Of a DNA stretch of 64,000 nucleotides, positions 1-12,850 are shown piece after piece. Origin of the DNA: Eledone cirrhosa (lineage: Eukaryota); assembly GCA_964016885.1 (NCBI GenBank), contig OZ024746.1, positions 34,472,001 through 34,536,000 of the forward strand. The letters are read 5' to 3'. Position numbers and translations under genes: made by a program. Each line of letters begins with the position of its first letter. Positions within the stretch are counted from its first letter, which is position 1. The notes under the pieces are model-generated. The model was not told the DNA's origin and searched no databases. It saw only the letters and a program-made list of their open reading frames with translations.

Positions 1-1376
1 CTGAGAGCACGCATCCTAGCACTGACAACACAGCCTTCGTGATTTGCATTGAAGAATTGGTCATGGGCAATTTCGCCGCAAGTACTTTGGTCGCGATTCC
101 TTTGCTAAGCGCCTCGTCTAATTTTCTAACTAATTCTCCCTCTGCTCTATTTTTCTCTATTGCTAAAGTCTTACTAAACCTAATGGACTCTATTCTAATT
201 GCTCTTTTCAGAGCAAACCACCACTTGTTGTTGACGATGGCCCCCGTCAACGCCCGCTTAACTAGTTCGCTAATCCGGTCTCTGTAGGCCTTGCGCGCTG
301 GTAAGGACGCGTTTAGCTTCCAGTAGCCGGGTCCTCGTCTATGAAGCCTATCTAAGTCAAGCACACAAATCACGAATTCGTGGTCCGTGTAGCTGACTAT
401 CTTGAAATGTGGACAGCCTATGCTAGACCTATCTATTTCCCTACAAAATACTCTATCTAGATATGATCTGGATGACCCTATGCGATTTGTCCAAGTCCAC
501 ATTGGTACATACGGGAAATCCATTCAGTACCTGTCAGACAGTTCAAAACGTCTGAGCAGGTTGGTGAGACTCTTGCACCCTCCTTCCCTATCCACTAATC
601 CCACACAATCCCGGCGTGCATCTAAGATCCCGTTCCAGTCGCCCACTAACACTAAAGAGCGGGACGTTCCAAGAAAGGTCTCCAGACGCCGGAAGAAATC
701 AGGCCGCCCTGCTCCTGTCGGGGCATAGACGGCCACTAACCTGAAAGCTTGGCCGTCTCCGCTGGTCACGTCCAGCACCACCAACTTACCTTCTGGGTCC
801 AGGAAGATGGCCCGTATGGCAAGATCCAAACCTCTCCAAAAAAGCACAGCAACTCCTCCCCCCGATCCCGGATGGCTGGGAGATGCGTACACATCGTAGC
901 CGCCGAAGATCGGTGCGAAAGCCTGTGCTTCGAAGATTCTGGTCTCGCTGATGGCCACTACATCTATGTTTAGTGACCTGAGGTCGTTGAGCATGTGGCC
1001 CTGCTTCCATGACGACCCCAAGCACGCGCATTTATGCTGCCTATTCTGAGTGAGGTCATGTTGAAATGGAGTGGAAAAGATGGGAAAGACCACTTACCTT
1101 ACTTCTCGTAGATGAAGGACGGTTTCTCCATTATTTTCACTGCTTGTGGCCTCCTCAGGAAGGATGTCCTTATAAATTCTCCTTGAGCGTGCTTGTCGGA
1201 AGTCTCCGATGTCTTGGGGGAATTTTTGTTTTAGTGTCATGTACGTTTTCTGCGTGATGCGAGTGATTTGTATGTGTGGAGGTGGTGTGAACTTTTGGGT
1301 TGTTGTGTAGTCTTTTTCTGTGATGCTGTTGTTGTGTTGGATGTAGTGTAATAATTGTTTGTTGTTCAAATTTAAT

Positions 1377-1463
1377 TGTTTCTACTTTTGGCACAAGGCC
1401 AGCAATTACCCAGTGCATTACTGGTACTTTATTTTATCGACCCCGTAAGGATGAAAGGCAAAG
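1377..1463 (-). mobile_element. 5'-truncated tRNA-derived SINE (family A) inserted in Tx1 ORF1
   Basis: Contains GCCTTTCATCCTTACGGGGTCGATAAA...GGCCTTGTGCCAAAAGTAGAAACAATT. The 13-bp TSD gttcaaatttaat is at 1364-1376 and 1464-1476. Confidence 0.92.
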
Positions 1464-2795
1464 GTTCAAATTTAATGCAGTGTAGTGTGTATCGCTTTGG
1501 TTGTTTTGTTTTGTTTGCGTTTGTTGTGGGTTTGTTTCTGTTTCGATTTTTGGTGACTTGTGTGGTGTAGGTGATGGTGGTGTTGGGGTTAATGATGGTG
1601 ATGGTGTTTGTGTTTGGGGTGATGGGGTTGGTGATGCTGGTGTGGATGGTGGCATATCTGTCCTAACTTTTTTGTTTGATAGTTTATTTGTTTCCCTCTG
1701 TATTTTGTTTTTGGAGGAGGAAGGAAGAGAATTTTTTTTCTTTTTTGGTTTCTTTTTTTCTTTTTTCCTGATACCGTTTCCCACTCCTCGTCGTCACAAT
1801 CTGTCTCCAATTGTGATAGGCCGGGGAGTGGAAAATCCTCCACGGGCGTTAGTTTTAGTTGTGGCGTGGTGGATGGTGTAGGCGCTGGTGCTAGTTCTGG
1901 CGCGTTGGGTGGTGGTGAGTGTGTTGGTTTTGCTACTGTTGTTGGGGTTGTTGCTGTTACAGTTGCTTCTGTTGTTGCTGATACAATTGTTGCTGCCATC
2001 TCTGCTGCTGGTGGTGTTGATGGTTGAGTCACGGGGGTGGGTAGGATTGGTGGCCTCAACCTTTTAGCCTGAGGGCAGAAAGCCCTTAGGTGGGTTCCTT
2101 CACCACAAACGACACACCTAGGCCTTCTGCCCTCGACAATTACGGTGATGTGGATCCGGTCAGTGATGTCTATTACCTATGGGATCTCCTCAATGCTTTT
2201 TTGGTCCGCTTGGATCAGGAGCTCCATCCCAGATCCGGACCAGTTCTCCTGCTTTTCTTTCGCTATTTCTATTATCTTGGTGTTGGCTTCGATGCCAGCG
2301 AGGACGGCAGCTATTAGCCAGGGAATTTCGATGACCGGTGGAACGTGGGGGACCCTGTTCTTTACGAGTCTCTGGCCACAATAGCTTGGGATGAGTATGA
2401 AGTCGTCACTTCTTAATGGGCCCTTGGAGTGTTCTCTAGCCTCCTGTGGTGTTTCAAAGAACACGTCCACGGTTCCATACTTCTGCCCACGTCTGATGTG
2501 GGGTTTTTTTGCCCACACATGTACCAAAGCTTTTTGGATTTGGGACTCGGATGCCCGTTTCACTCGGTGCGATTTTATATTAATTGTTCGATAAGACACG
2601 GTGCATAGGCGCCGATGCTCCATTTTATTAGGTGTGTGTGGGGGGAGGTGAGGCTGACCCTGTACCCATCTTTCTTTACCATTTTTTTGGCTTCTTCTAA
2701 TTCTTCCTGAGTTACCTGAAATGCTTCGCACTGTTTTGCTACTCTGGCAAAACTCAGGGTGATTTTCTTAATGTCATTGTTGCTGTTGTTGTTAT

Positions 2796-4816
2796 TTCAT
2801 TTCATTTCATTTCATTTGAGTTTGAGTCCATGCTCAGGCCAAGTCGAAGACTCCACCCTCAGTGTCTGGTGTGGTTGCCAGGTTGGATTCTCTGTTTAAT
2901 GTTGACATGTGTAGGAGCGAGTTTGAGTCAGTTTGTGCTCGATGTGTATATCCTGGGAGATGGGGTTCATCTCTAATGGTGCTTAAGTATCTATCCAGCT
3001 GCAATTTGAATGATTCCACACTACATCATGATAGATTTCTGACATGTATCGGAATGGAGTTGAATAGTTGTGCCCCTCGAACCAACAGACTTGACTCTCG
3101 CATGGTTTTTGCTGCCTGGCCAGCCTTTTTGTTGATTGGTGGTAGCTGGCAGCGTCTTCCGTGGCGCAGTGAGTGGTAGGTTTCGATACCAAAGTTTGGC
3201 ACCTTTTGCTCTATCATTTTCCAAATGTATATAATTCGGTATCGCTCAAATCTTCTTTCTATTGAGTGCATCTTCAAGGTTTTGAGTCTTTGCCAATAGT
3301 CCAGGTCCCTCGTTTCTGAGAAGTATGAGGTAAAATTTCTTAGGAGCGATTCCATCTTAGATAGTTGGCCCTTTGTTGTTGGTGACCACAACTGAGAACA
3401 GTAGTCAATCCTCGGAAGTATCATACTGTTCCAGAGGGTTTTCATTGTTGAGGTATCTCTTGATTTGAAGGTGCGCAAGATCCACCCGCTGTACTTTCTT
3501 GCAGTAAGACAGACTGAGTCAAGGTGTTCTCTGAATTTTAGGCTGGTTCCCATGTGGATGCCTAAATCTTTCACACACTGCTTTTCCATTATTTGTTGTT
3601 CTGATGGGTTTCTGTAGTTTGTTGTATTTTTCAGATCTTGATCTGTTCCGTAGCGGATTAGTTCAAACTTCTTATCATTGAACAACATGTTGTTTGTTTC
3701 CTGCCATTTGTATATGGTGGTTAGGTCCTTTTGTAAGGCCTCTGTATCCACCTCGTCTTTGATTTGTCTCATGACCCTGGTGTCATCAGCAAAGGATGAG
3801 ACGTTGCTGGTTGTATCTTCATCTATGTCAGAGATGAGGATGAGAAACAGGATCGGGCCGTGTACTGTACCCTGAAGAACACTGCTGGTCACAGGCGATG
3901 GTGTTGAATGGGTTCCATTCACAGTGACTGATTGAGTTCTATTTGTAAGGAACTCATGTATCCATGTACCAACTTTTCCTCCTACTCCTAGCTTTCGAAG
4001 TTTGTGTCCCAGGATGCCATGAGGTAAATAACATATGTGTTGTATCCATTCTCTAGATGGATATGATTTTATAGGATATGATCATGGTGTGCCAGTAGTT
4101 GTGAAAGACATTATCTACCTAACCTGAATCCATGCTGATTGCAATTCATCAGATTGTTGTTTTCCAGGAACTCAACCAGTTTTCCACGAACTATTCTTTC
4201 GAAGACCTTGATAATGTGTGATGTCAGTGAGATTGGTCGGTAGTTCTTTGATTTTGATTTGCTGTCCCCTTTATGTATTGGAGTTATGTGTGCTTCTTTA
4301 TATGTATTTGGTATTTTGCCATTCTCCATAGATTCCTTCCATATCATGTAAAGGGGTGTCAACAATTGTACCTTGCAGTTTTTAAGTATCATGGCATTGA
4401 AACCATCAGGCCCCGCAGCCGAGTGCATGGTGAGCTTGTCTATGGCTCTTTCTATGTCTTCTGGGTTGAAATCAATGTCGGATAGGGTAGGTTTAGTATG
4501 ATCGATATCCTTGAAGAATTCTCCTGGGTCATGGATCTTCATGGTTTTAGATGGCTCACTGAAGACACTTTCATACTGTTGACCCAACATTTCTGCCATT
4601 TCAATAGGGTTATTCACTATATCCCCATTTTGTCTCTGGAGAGGTCCTGTTGTTGACTTGGTATTCGAGTATTTCTTTGCAAAACTGTAGAAACATTTTT
4701 GATTTTTCTTGATGTTTTCTATGGCTCTCTTTTCTGCATTGTTACGTTCTTCATCATAGTGTTGTTTTAGATTGTCTTCTAATCTGTATATTTGGTCAAG
4801 GACTTTCTGTAGTTCA
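2796..4816 (-). mobile_element. 5'-truncated CR1-group LINE (RT and C-terminal domain) with (TGAAA)n tail
   Basis: Motifs AAGPDG, NYRPISLTS, NQHGFR, QGTVHGPILFLI, SFADDT and LDYWQRLKTL. The (tttca)n tail is at 2795-2817. TSD tgttat at 2790-2795 and 4817-4822. Confidence 0.9.
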
Positions 4817-5399
4817 TGTTATCGTTATTTTTGTTATTATTAATTTTAGTTTCAGTCGTGGTGGTGGTGGCGTCAGTGGTGTTCGATGTGGAAGAGTTCA
4901 TTTTGGTTGAATTCATTTCGATATCACGAGTTAATTTATTTTTTTCTTTTGTTTCTGTTGTCGCGGTGGTCGTGGGGGTGGTGGTTGTTGCGGTGGTGTT
5001 GGTGGTGGCGGCTTTAACACTTGCAGTCATTGGTAATGGCGGGAAATGAATATCTGCCTGAGACAAATTTAAAATATTGCTACTGCTTATATTTTTAGTG
5101 TTTGCAAACGTAGTAATATTTACAATGGTGGTGTCGGTGTGAGGTGTTAGTTTGTGAGAAAGGAGTGACTCTGAGTCAGCCATGATTTTTCAAAGAAAAA
5201 TTTTTGTTTGATAATTATAAAAGTATAAATTTTGGGCTCAATTTAATATCTTTATTGTGTGACTTTAGATATATTATTTACAAAATTATATCAGTACAAA
5301 GAGATAACTTACGCTAAATACAAAGCTGAAAATGTAATATAGGTGTGATATTTATTTGATAAGTACACAGAAACGTATATTGTCAGAAAAAAAATATTA

Positions 5400-5900
5400 A
5401 GACGTATTTAGAACTTAGGAATATAAATGTTTCATTTAAAATTAATAGTAATTTAATAGCATTATGTATACATTTTAGAGTTTGAAATATTTCAAAATAT
5501 TAGTAGGCTATAAAGTTTGATTCAAAATGTTGTTTTAAGAATATACATCAATGTGAATGCAATGGGTATTAGTAATTTAAGTATTGGTGTTATTGATTAA
5601 TTTTAGTCTGATTGAAGTGTATTTTCTCTGTATGACCAAATATTGCGCATTGCTTCGTTATAGTATTTAGCCTTTTGCTTGAAGATTCACTTGTTTACTG
5701 AGGTTACATATTCTACCAAAAATACATTTGTAATAATTTCCATATTCAATTCATGGTGCCTCGAATGTGTATGTACGTAATACAAAAAAAAACCCATGAC
5801 ATTTTGTAGCGTCTACATATTTAGGTATCTAAATCATATGTGTCATCTATGAATTCAAATACCTAAGAATTAATATAAATGAGAATACGTCAGTTAGTTT
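5400..5900 (-). pseudogene. Highly decayed Penelope-like RT-thumb remnant
   Basis: The minus strand reads ...RICNLS...IFKQKAKYYNEAMRN...HTEKIHF, resembling the NDDYYNSALAKASHSHRISY region of the PLE at 13.4 kb. Confidence 0.35.
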
Positions 5901-6393
5901 TAAACAATTTTTACAAGTGATTGCTACCTCTTCCTAGCACAGAATTATTAAATAAATTGTAAAGGTAAATAGATCCACATTCCCATACACGCAAACTTTC
6001 ATGTTACTGGACTCTCTGCATAATGTATTTAGGGCCGAAAAACTCGATCCTCTAGTGTTGGGCCACTGTCATTGCCCTAATGCCACCATGAAATTGCTCG
6101 TCTTACAGTCAGGCCTATATCAATGTACTCACTAGTCATACCAGTGATGATGGTAGAGATTTTTATTGTTTTTTTATATATACTTTATTAATGCTAAATA
6201 GTGAGTCTTTTTAATCCGAGGTTTCTCCCGCTTTTCCCAGATCCGCAATAGAAGCTCTTGTCTGATGAACCTGTGAGGAACATGTGAGACTCCTGATTAA
6301 CAATACACAATATGTAGCCTTACCAAAATGAATATATAAATTCTACTTCGTTATTGAGTACTATGTCCCTTCCTGTGGTAACTATAACTACAT

Positions 6394-6518
<125 letters not shown>

Positions 6519-7473
6519 GTGTTCCGTAAGAGGGTGTAAAAGTTTTTGCGTGTATATCTGTGTGGTCATGTGTTTTTCTCCTTATTAATACTGAAACCTA
6601 ATGCTAACTTGCGTCATTTATTTCTATCAAATAAATCCATATAAATTTTATGAAGTATGATTTTAAATGCATTTTATTCGACACATTTTTTGATTAATTA
6701 GCTTGAATTATACTGACTCTTGATGGATTAAAAATATCAACAGTATTTCCGTTACTAAGGTCGTGTCTATTTAGTAGTAGGGAGGACAATAATATATATT
6801 TATCGATGTAAGACGTAAGTGCGTTTACAAACCTGTGTGCAATTGTTAGTGTACGTGTTGGTATGTTTATTTATTGTAGCAATAGTGTGTCATAAGGAAT
6901 AACGTTTTAGGTTTCATTTTCAATATTTGCATGCATTTCCTGAAATAATACAAATAATTATATTTTGATTATTGTATTTATTTTTATTTTGGTTTTTGTC
7001 ATAGTGACACTTTCAATCGTATTTCATTTCTAGCTATTAAATTTATTATGTAAAAATGTGTGAAGGCATTTGTGGTAGTTGTTATTGTTTACACTTCTTT
7101 AAAGAACAATAAACGTCTGTGAATGGAATTCCGCTAGTGTATTTACTACTGAAACTTCATGTTTCAGCTAGTGTAGGTGTGCTTGCATTCGATATAGTAG
7201 AATACGACTGACTAAAATAATGATAGTATTAATAAATTAATGTCTAACAATGACAGTACGTACTCGACTTTCTTTGTCTTTTTATTTGAATTATCTCTTT
7301 AATGGAAGGATACCCGTTTTCATGGAAAGATAGAGTGAATCATGGGATGGGCGTGTTGTGGTGAGAGTAATACCTGATGGTCAATGTACATTTTATTAAG
7401 GTTATTCCAATTTAATCCAACGGAGGATTTTCGGCGAAGATTTGGAAATCTGTTGCACTAGTATTATTACAGT

Positions 7474-7860
7474 TTGGCAGTATCGGTGGAGGGTCGGACG
7501 CCATGCTTTCCAGCATAGTTACGTCCCTTTACGATCTGAGTTCAAATCCCGCCGAGGTTGACTTTGCCTTTCATCCTTACGGGGTCGATAAAATAAAGTA
7601 CCAGTAATGCACTGGGTAATTGCTGGCCGTGTGCCTAAAGTAGAAACAATTATTACATGTATGGTGGATTGGCGGTGGATTGGCAGTATCGGTAAAGAGT
7701 CGGGCGCCATGCTTTCCAGCATAGATATGTCCCTTTACGGTCTGAGTTCAAATACTGCCGAGGTTCACTTTGCCTTTCATCCTTACTGGGTCGATAAAAT
7801 AAAGTACCAGTAATGTACTGGGTAATTGCTGGCCTGGTGCCAAAAGTAGAAATAATTATT
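7474..7860 (+). mobile_element. Two tandem family-A SINEs (7474-7650 and 7664-7857)
   Basis: tRNA-like head (TGGCAGTATCGG; B box GAGTTCAAAT), conserved core and AATTATT tail. The second copy sits at the tail of the first with TSD attacatgtatg (7652-7663 and 7858-7869). Confidence 0.92.
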
Positions 7861-8685
7861 ACATGTATGCAGGAACAGATCGATAATCACTGAATACAAC
7901 CCAATAAGCTATTGTTCCTGAATGCCACCAAATCTGAATTATTTTAAGTTTATATCGTGAGACAACTCCATGCTAGACAGAGTTAGCAATCACATTTACG
8001 TTCGTCATGTAGATATAATTAAGAATTCATTTAGCATTTCTACGGTATCTGCACTTATAACTTGTTAAAACTTGGGTATAAATCCGATTTAATTTGAAGT
8101 GTAATGGAATATTATACTTTTTTTTTTCATCCAAGCAGCATATGCGTGTTATCTATATTCGTTGAAGATATGCATGATAACGATCACAGTGTCGTGTATA
8201 TAGAGTTTTACAATTCAAACAAGTTAAACAATTAAATGACAGTATGCAAGTAGAACATACTATATTTACAATTAGTGACTGGAAGCCAATGTCATTGCCA
8301 GAATTAAATGATTTGCAATCACCTGTATTTGAAGTTTAATTTTGGTATTTTGTAATATGATTTAAATTCGATTTTACATTCGTATATCTATTTTAACTAA
8401 AACATTGTTTGTATAAGCAGAATTAATAATTTGTATGTAATGCAAATTTGAGAATTGTCTTTTATTTTCCCTATTCAAATGCATTTTTATATATATTTTG
8501 TGCACTATCTGATTATCTTGATATCCTTTACTTTTGTAGTATGTTCTCCTTTACGTTAGCTATAATCATAACAAATCTATAACGGTTATTCACGCTGTTC
8601 ACAGACAAACCCATACACATGAACACGAAGCCACAGATACATAAACATGCTTGCCCAGATATATATTTCTATATACGTAAGTGTT

Positions 8686-8689
<4 letters not shown>

Positions 8690-8765
<76 letters not shown>

Positions 8766-8826
8766 AGTGTGTGAGTGTAGGCGTGTGTGTGTGTGTATGT
8801 GTGCGTGTGTATATGTGTGTGTGTGT
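8690..8826. repeat. (GT)n microsatellite
   Basis: Long GT run that degenerates at the 3' end. Confidence 0.97.
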
Positions 8827-9723
8827 ACTAAATAGAAATGAATTAAATGAAGAGAAAATACGCAAATTATACTTTATAATATTTTGCCATCAGCTGATAG
8901 AATCTCGTATTGTTACTGGAAGTGCAGGCGTCATCAATCAGTCAAATATCCACGAGTACAATAAGCCATCTGAACTTCCATACTTAAAATATTATTACTT
9001 TTATGTGTATAGGCCTTTGGCTGTTCTTTTATGCAAGTGCACTATTACCGCAGTTTGTTCCAGAAATATTTGTTCCAGAAATATTATTAAAGAAATAGAA
9101 AATATCATGTGTTATATGGCTAGATATATAATTATGTGTGTTCTTAATTAAGATACCACTGGTAGTATAAAACATAGCACTGGATGGAAATGTTTATCCG
9201 TAAGGTAGTGTTGAATCAATGAAATCGATCACAGCCTTATACAAAATATGGCTACATATATACAACAATTGTAGAAATCAATATTACTCTCCCTGGTGCA
9301 CAATGTATTAATCATAATATTATACATTTTATTTGTTGTGTTAGACATATTATTAATATTACAATCAATTTATTGAATTTGTCTTCTTTATGGTGACATT
9401 GTATTTAACAAGTGTGCTTTTCAAGTTTTACTATACATTCCCTGCTATGTAGTCATTTTCCTAGTTCATAAGTTAAAAGAAATGAAAAGAAATGCTGAAT
9501 ATATCACATAATATAAACAAAACAATTAACACATATGCGTAACAATTTATGAATATTGTGTAACTTATTAGATATACGTATGCATACATACACAAGCACA
9601 AACGCATACAGACACAAACACACACGTACTCATATTCATATATATAACGAAGGACTTGTGGTAAGGAACCAGATGGACCATAACGCACCAGAGTACACAA
9701 TACTTAGGGTAGTAGATTGGGTA

Positions 9724-9834
9724 ATAGGAACAAGTATGACCGCGACGGCCGAGCTCAAGCCGTTTCGACGGCTATTTCAGTCCAGAAATAGCCGTCGAAA
9801 CGGCTTGAGCTCTGCCGTCGGGGTCATACTTTTT

Positions 9835-9840
<6 letters not shown>
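9724..9840. repeat. Fold-back palindrome next to (TA)n (PLE terminal-repeat-like)
   Basis: aagtatgaccgcgacggccgagctcaagccgtttcgacggctatttc pairs with gaaatagccgtcgaaacggcttgagctctgccgtcggggtcatactt across a 6-nt spacer. Confidence 0.85.
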
Positions 9841-9907
<67 letters not shown>

Positions 9908-9911
9908 GTCG

Positions 9912-10095
9912 GAAAGTAAGAAATCGGAGAATAGACCGTTAAAACATGTTTATTTATAACAGCACCTACGTACGTTTCGCCCAGTTGGGCTTCTCAAGGG
10001 CATAAATATTTAGAAGCCCAACTGGGCGAAACGTACGTAGGTGCTGTTTTAAATAAACATGTTTTAACGGTCTATTCTCCGATTTCTCACTTTCT
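9912..10095. repeat. Inverted-repeat element carrying a variant hammerhead (9962-10003, minus strand)
   Basis: Arms of about 83 bp. The minus strand reads gccc TTGAGAA gcccaactgggc GAAA cgtacg TA ggtgc...aataaa. Confidence 0.75.
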
Positions 10096-10436
10096 CACGT
10101 GCTTACGCTCTGCTAACTCTCTAGCCCACTAAATATTAACACTTCGAATATTTAATACTGCCGGCACTAGTATCCAGCACCTTTGGCACACGCCACTTGG
10201 CAACTAACTATATGCATCACCTATCCTCCCCTTTTTCTCTCTCTCTCGATACGTAAATACTGTATATATATATATATATATATATATATGCGAAAAGGCA
10301 ACGTACAAAGTAAAGCAAGTAACACAGTACATTGAAGAAATATATTAGTTTGACGCATCATAGAGTAGGAAAGATGGCTTTAACTTTCGAGCAGTAGTCT
10401 TTCAGCAGGAGATGTAATGATAATTAAAAGATGAAT

Positions 10437-10463
10437 TAGAAGAAGAAGAAGAAGAAGAAGAAG

Positions 10464-10495
<32 letters not shown>

Positions 10496-10635
10496 GAAGA
10501 AGAAGAAGAAGAAGAAGAAGAAGAAGAAGAAGAAGAAGAAGAAGAAGAAGAAGAAGAAGAAGAAGAAGACGAAGAAGAAGAAGAAGAACAAGAACAAGAA
10601 CAAGAACAACAACAACAACAACAACAACAACAAGA
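10437..10635 (+). repeat. (GAA)n grading into (CAA)n microsatellite
   Basis: Direct read. Confidence 0.97.
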
Positions 10636-11087
10636 AACGGAAAATATTTTGAGAAAAAGTACGTGTATACTTAGTCACCCATTATATATATATATATTTA
10701 AGTGTATTCTATTTTCTCCTAGTTTATTTTAAACCTAATTCTGCTTAGTTGACTGTATCTAAGCGATTACGCTGTCGAAATATTCCATAAATATTCCATA
10801 CGGCCGACGCGAAGCGCTAGTTTTGGTTATTTGTTGGATATTCCTTCATAGAAACCTCATTCGTATAGCCTCGTCTATTCGATTTTTTATATAGTTAATT
10901 ATGCTAATTGGGAGAGGAAATAGTATATATTTTATCTTGTGATTCTATAGACATGTTTTATGATATATAGCTCTGATTGTTTAATTTATTAATTTTTCAT
11001 TGAGCCAAAAAGTGACCAGTTGCAAAACACGTATATGTATGTGTATATATATATGTATGTGTATGTATATATATATATGTAAACTTT

Positions 11088-11122
<35 letters not shown>

Positions 11123-12280
11123 GTGTATGCGTTTGAGTGCATGAGATCATTATGGTGATATTTTAGGAAAACATTAAAATATTCAGAAGTATATTACTGA
11201 ATATGTTGTTTATTATTAACACGTACTTATGTTGGATTGTCACAGAGTGTGTATTGAAATATGTATCACATAATAGAACATTCGAAGTGTCAATGAAAAT
11301 GTGTTTCAAACTTATTGCGTTCGTAGATCTATGTTTAACAAGCCTTGTAGTATTTGCTACTGTTACATTTACATACATCACCGGATAAACTGTGCATCAT
11401 ATTTTCCCGGGATGAATTACGTAAATACCAATTAATAGAAATACAGCACCACAAACTCTTACCAGAATGGACGTTGTGTTTTCCGCCTGCTTAGGCGTTA
11501 TAGCATCAACATTTTGTCAGCGTGTTCAGTCAATTGCACAAACACCAAAATGTTAGAATAAATAAGTTTATGACCATCTAGAATTCTACAATATAAGGAA
11601 CTAGACGGATTGCTATGAAACACTTTCTTATGTTTTTGCTCAAATAAGTTGAGAAATCTTTAATCAAATATTTATACAAAAGGCCATTATTTAGAGAGAG
11701 GGAAAGTTGATTTTCTGAAAACCAGCATTTGACTAGTGATAAAAGGAGAATAAACCAAATCATTACTCATCGTATGCCGTCAGCGTAATATTCATGTACA
11801 ACTCATTCTGGCTTGTTAATATCATTTCCTTTATAACGTTCCACATCAGAATATCAGGGATGTAATAGTTGTTTTTCCGTTTTATTTGCTTGTTCATGAT
11901 GTTACATGTTCCTTCTTTCGATTATTATCAATCCCATAAGAGTTATTTTGTATATATAAATATATATATATATATGGGGGGGGGGTGCATGCGTGTATAT
12001 ATGCATGTGTGTGAAGATATGTGTATGCAGTGGTAGACTGGGTCTAAAAATGTAGGTTGCCAGGAGATGAACGGGGCCCACCTACATATACAATGCTATC
12101 ATTTAATTTTTATAATGAATAAATAATAATTTAAACAAATACATAAGTGGAAACAAAACAGTGTAATCGAATTTTTGCGGAAAAATATCTTTACCTTGTC
12201 AAATAAATATGCTATGTATTTTGCGAAAACCAGTCTTTCAATAATGATCTTTGGTCTTTCACACTCACTCAATTTATATG

Positions 12281-12340
<60 letters not shown>

Positions 12341-12850
12341 CGTGTGTGTGTGTGTGTGTGTGAGTGTATGTGTGTATTTATGTATTATTTGTTTATTAAA
12401 ATAAACAAATTGAATTAATTCAACTGCTAAACACACATAGGAGCCAGACGATTGACAACTCGACCCTAAATATGACTGAAAGCTCTACGAAAGCCATCAA
12501 CGACACTACAACTTTTTAACATTGATTTTGAAAGTAGGTTTATAATTATTAATTTTCGCTATGCTTTTGTAGCTGTCTCGGCGGCTTAGTTGGAGGAATC
12601 ATAGACGCTGCTGATCATGGTCGAGTGTAGGGTTCCCGGGTAAACCTTTACAGTTTTTTTCAATGGGATGTGAAATGTAAACTGACAAATTTTACATGTA
12701 CCTCTCGACCAGGATTGAACTCAAGACAAGGATTTCTAACGTCTCTAGTACTTACCTCAAGTCCACTGAGACAGCTACGAATGTGTTCCGAACATTCATA
12801 TTTATAAACCTACTTTCACAATTTTCAATATATATATATATATATATACA

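Larger units (their letters stand above)
1..5300 (-). mobile_element. L1-clade Tx1-like LINE, copy 1 (runs off the left edge; ORF1 split by a CR1 insertion and a SINE)
   Basis: ORF2 starts at ATG 1059 (MTSLRIGSINA...) with APE motifs (VVAISETR, VAVYAPTG, LVGDWNG, YLDRVFC, GPGYWKLNAS). ORF1 has a CCHC knuckle (RPRCVVCGEGTHLRAFCP, ~2070-2130) and matches ORF1 of copy 3. The probable ORF1 N-terminus (MADSES..., ATG 5183) lies beyond the CR1 insert. The 5' boundary is approximate. Confidence 0.88.

Noticed and set aside
12570-12782. tRNA gene on the minus strand (B box gagttcaatcc)
   Set aside because: No cloverleaf could be built; probably a decayed SINE head.
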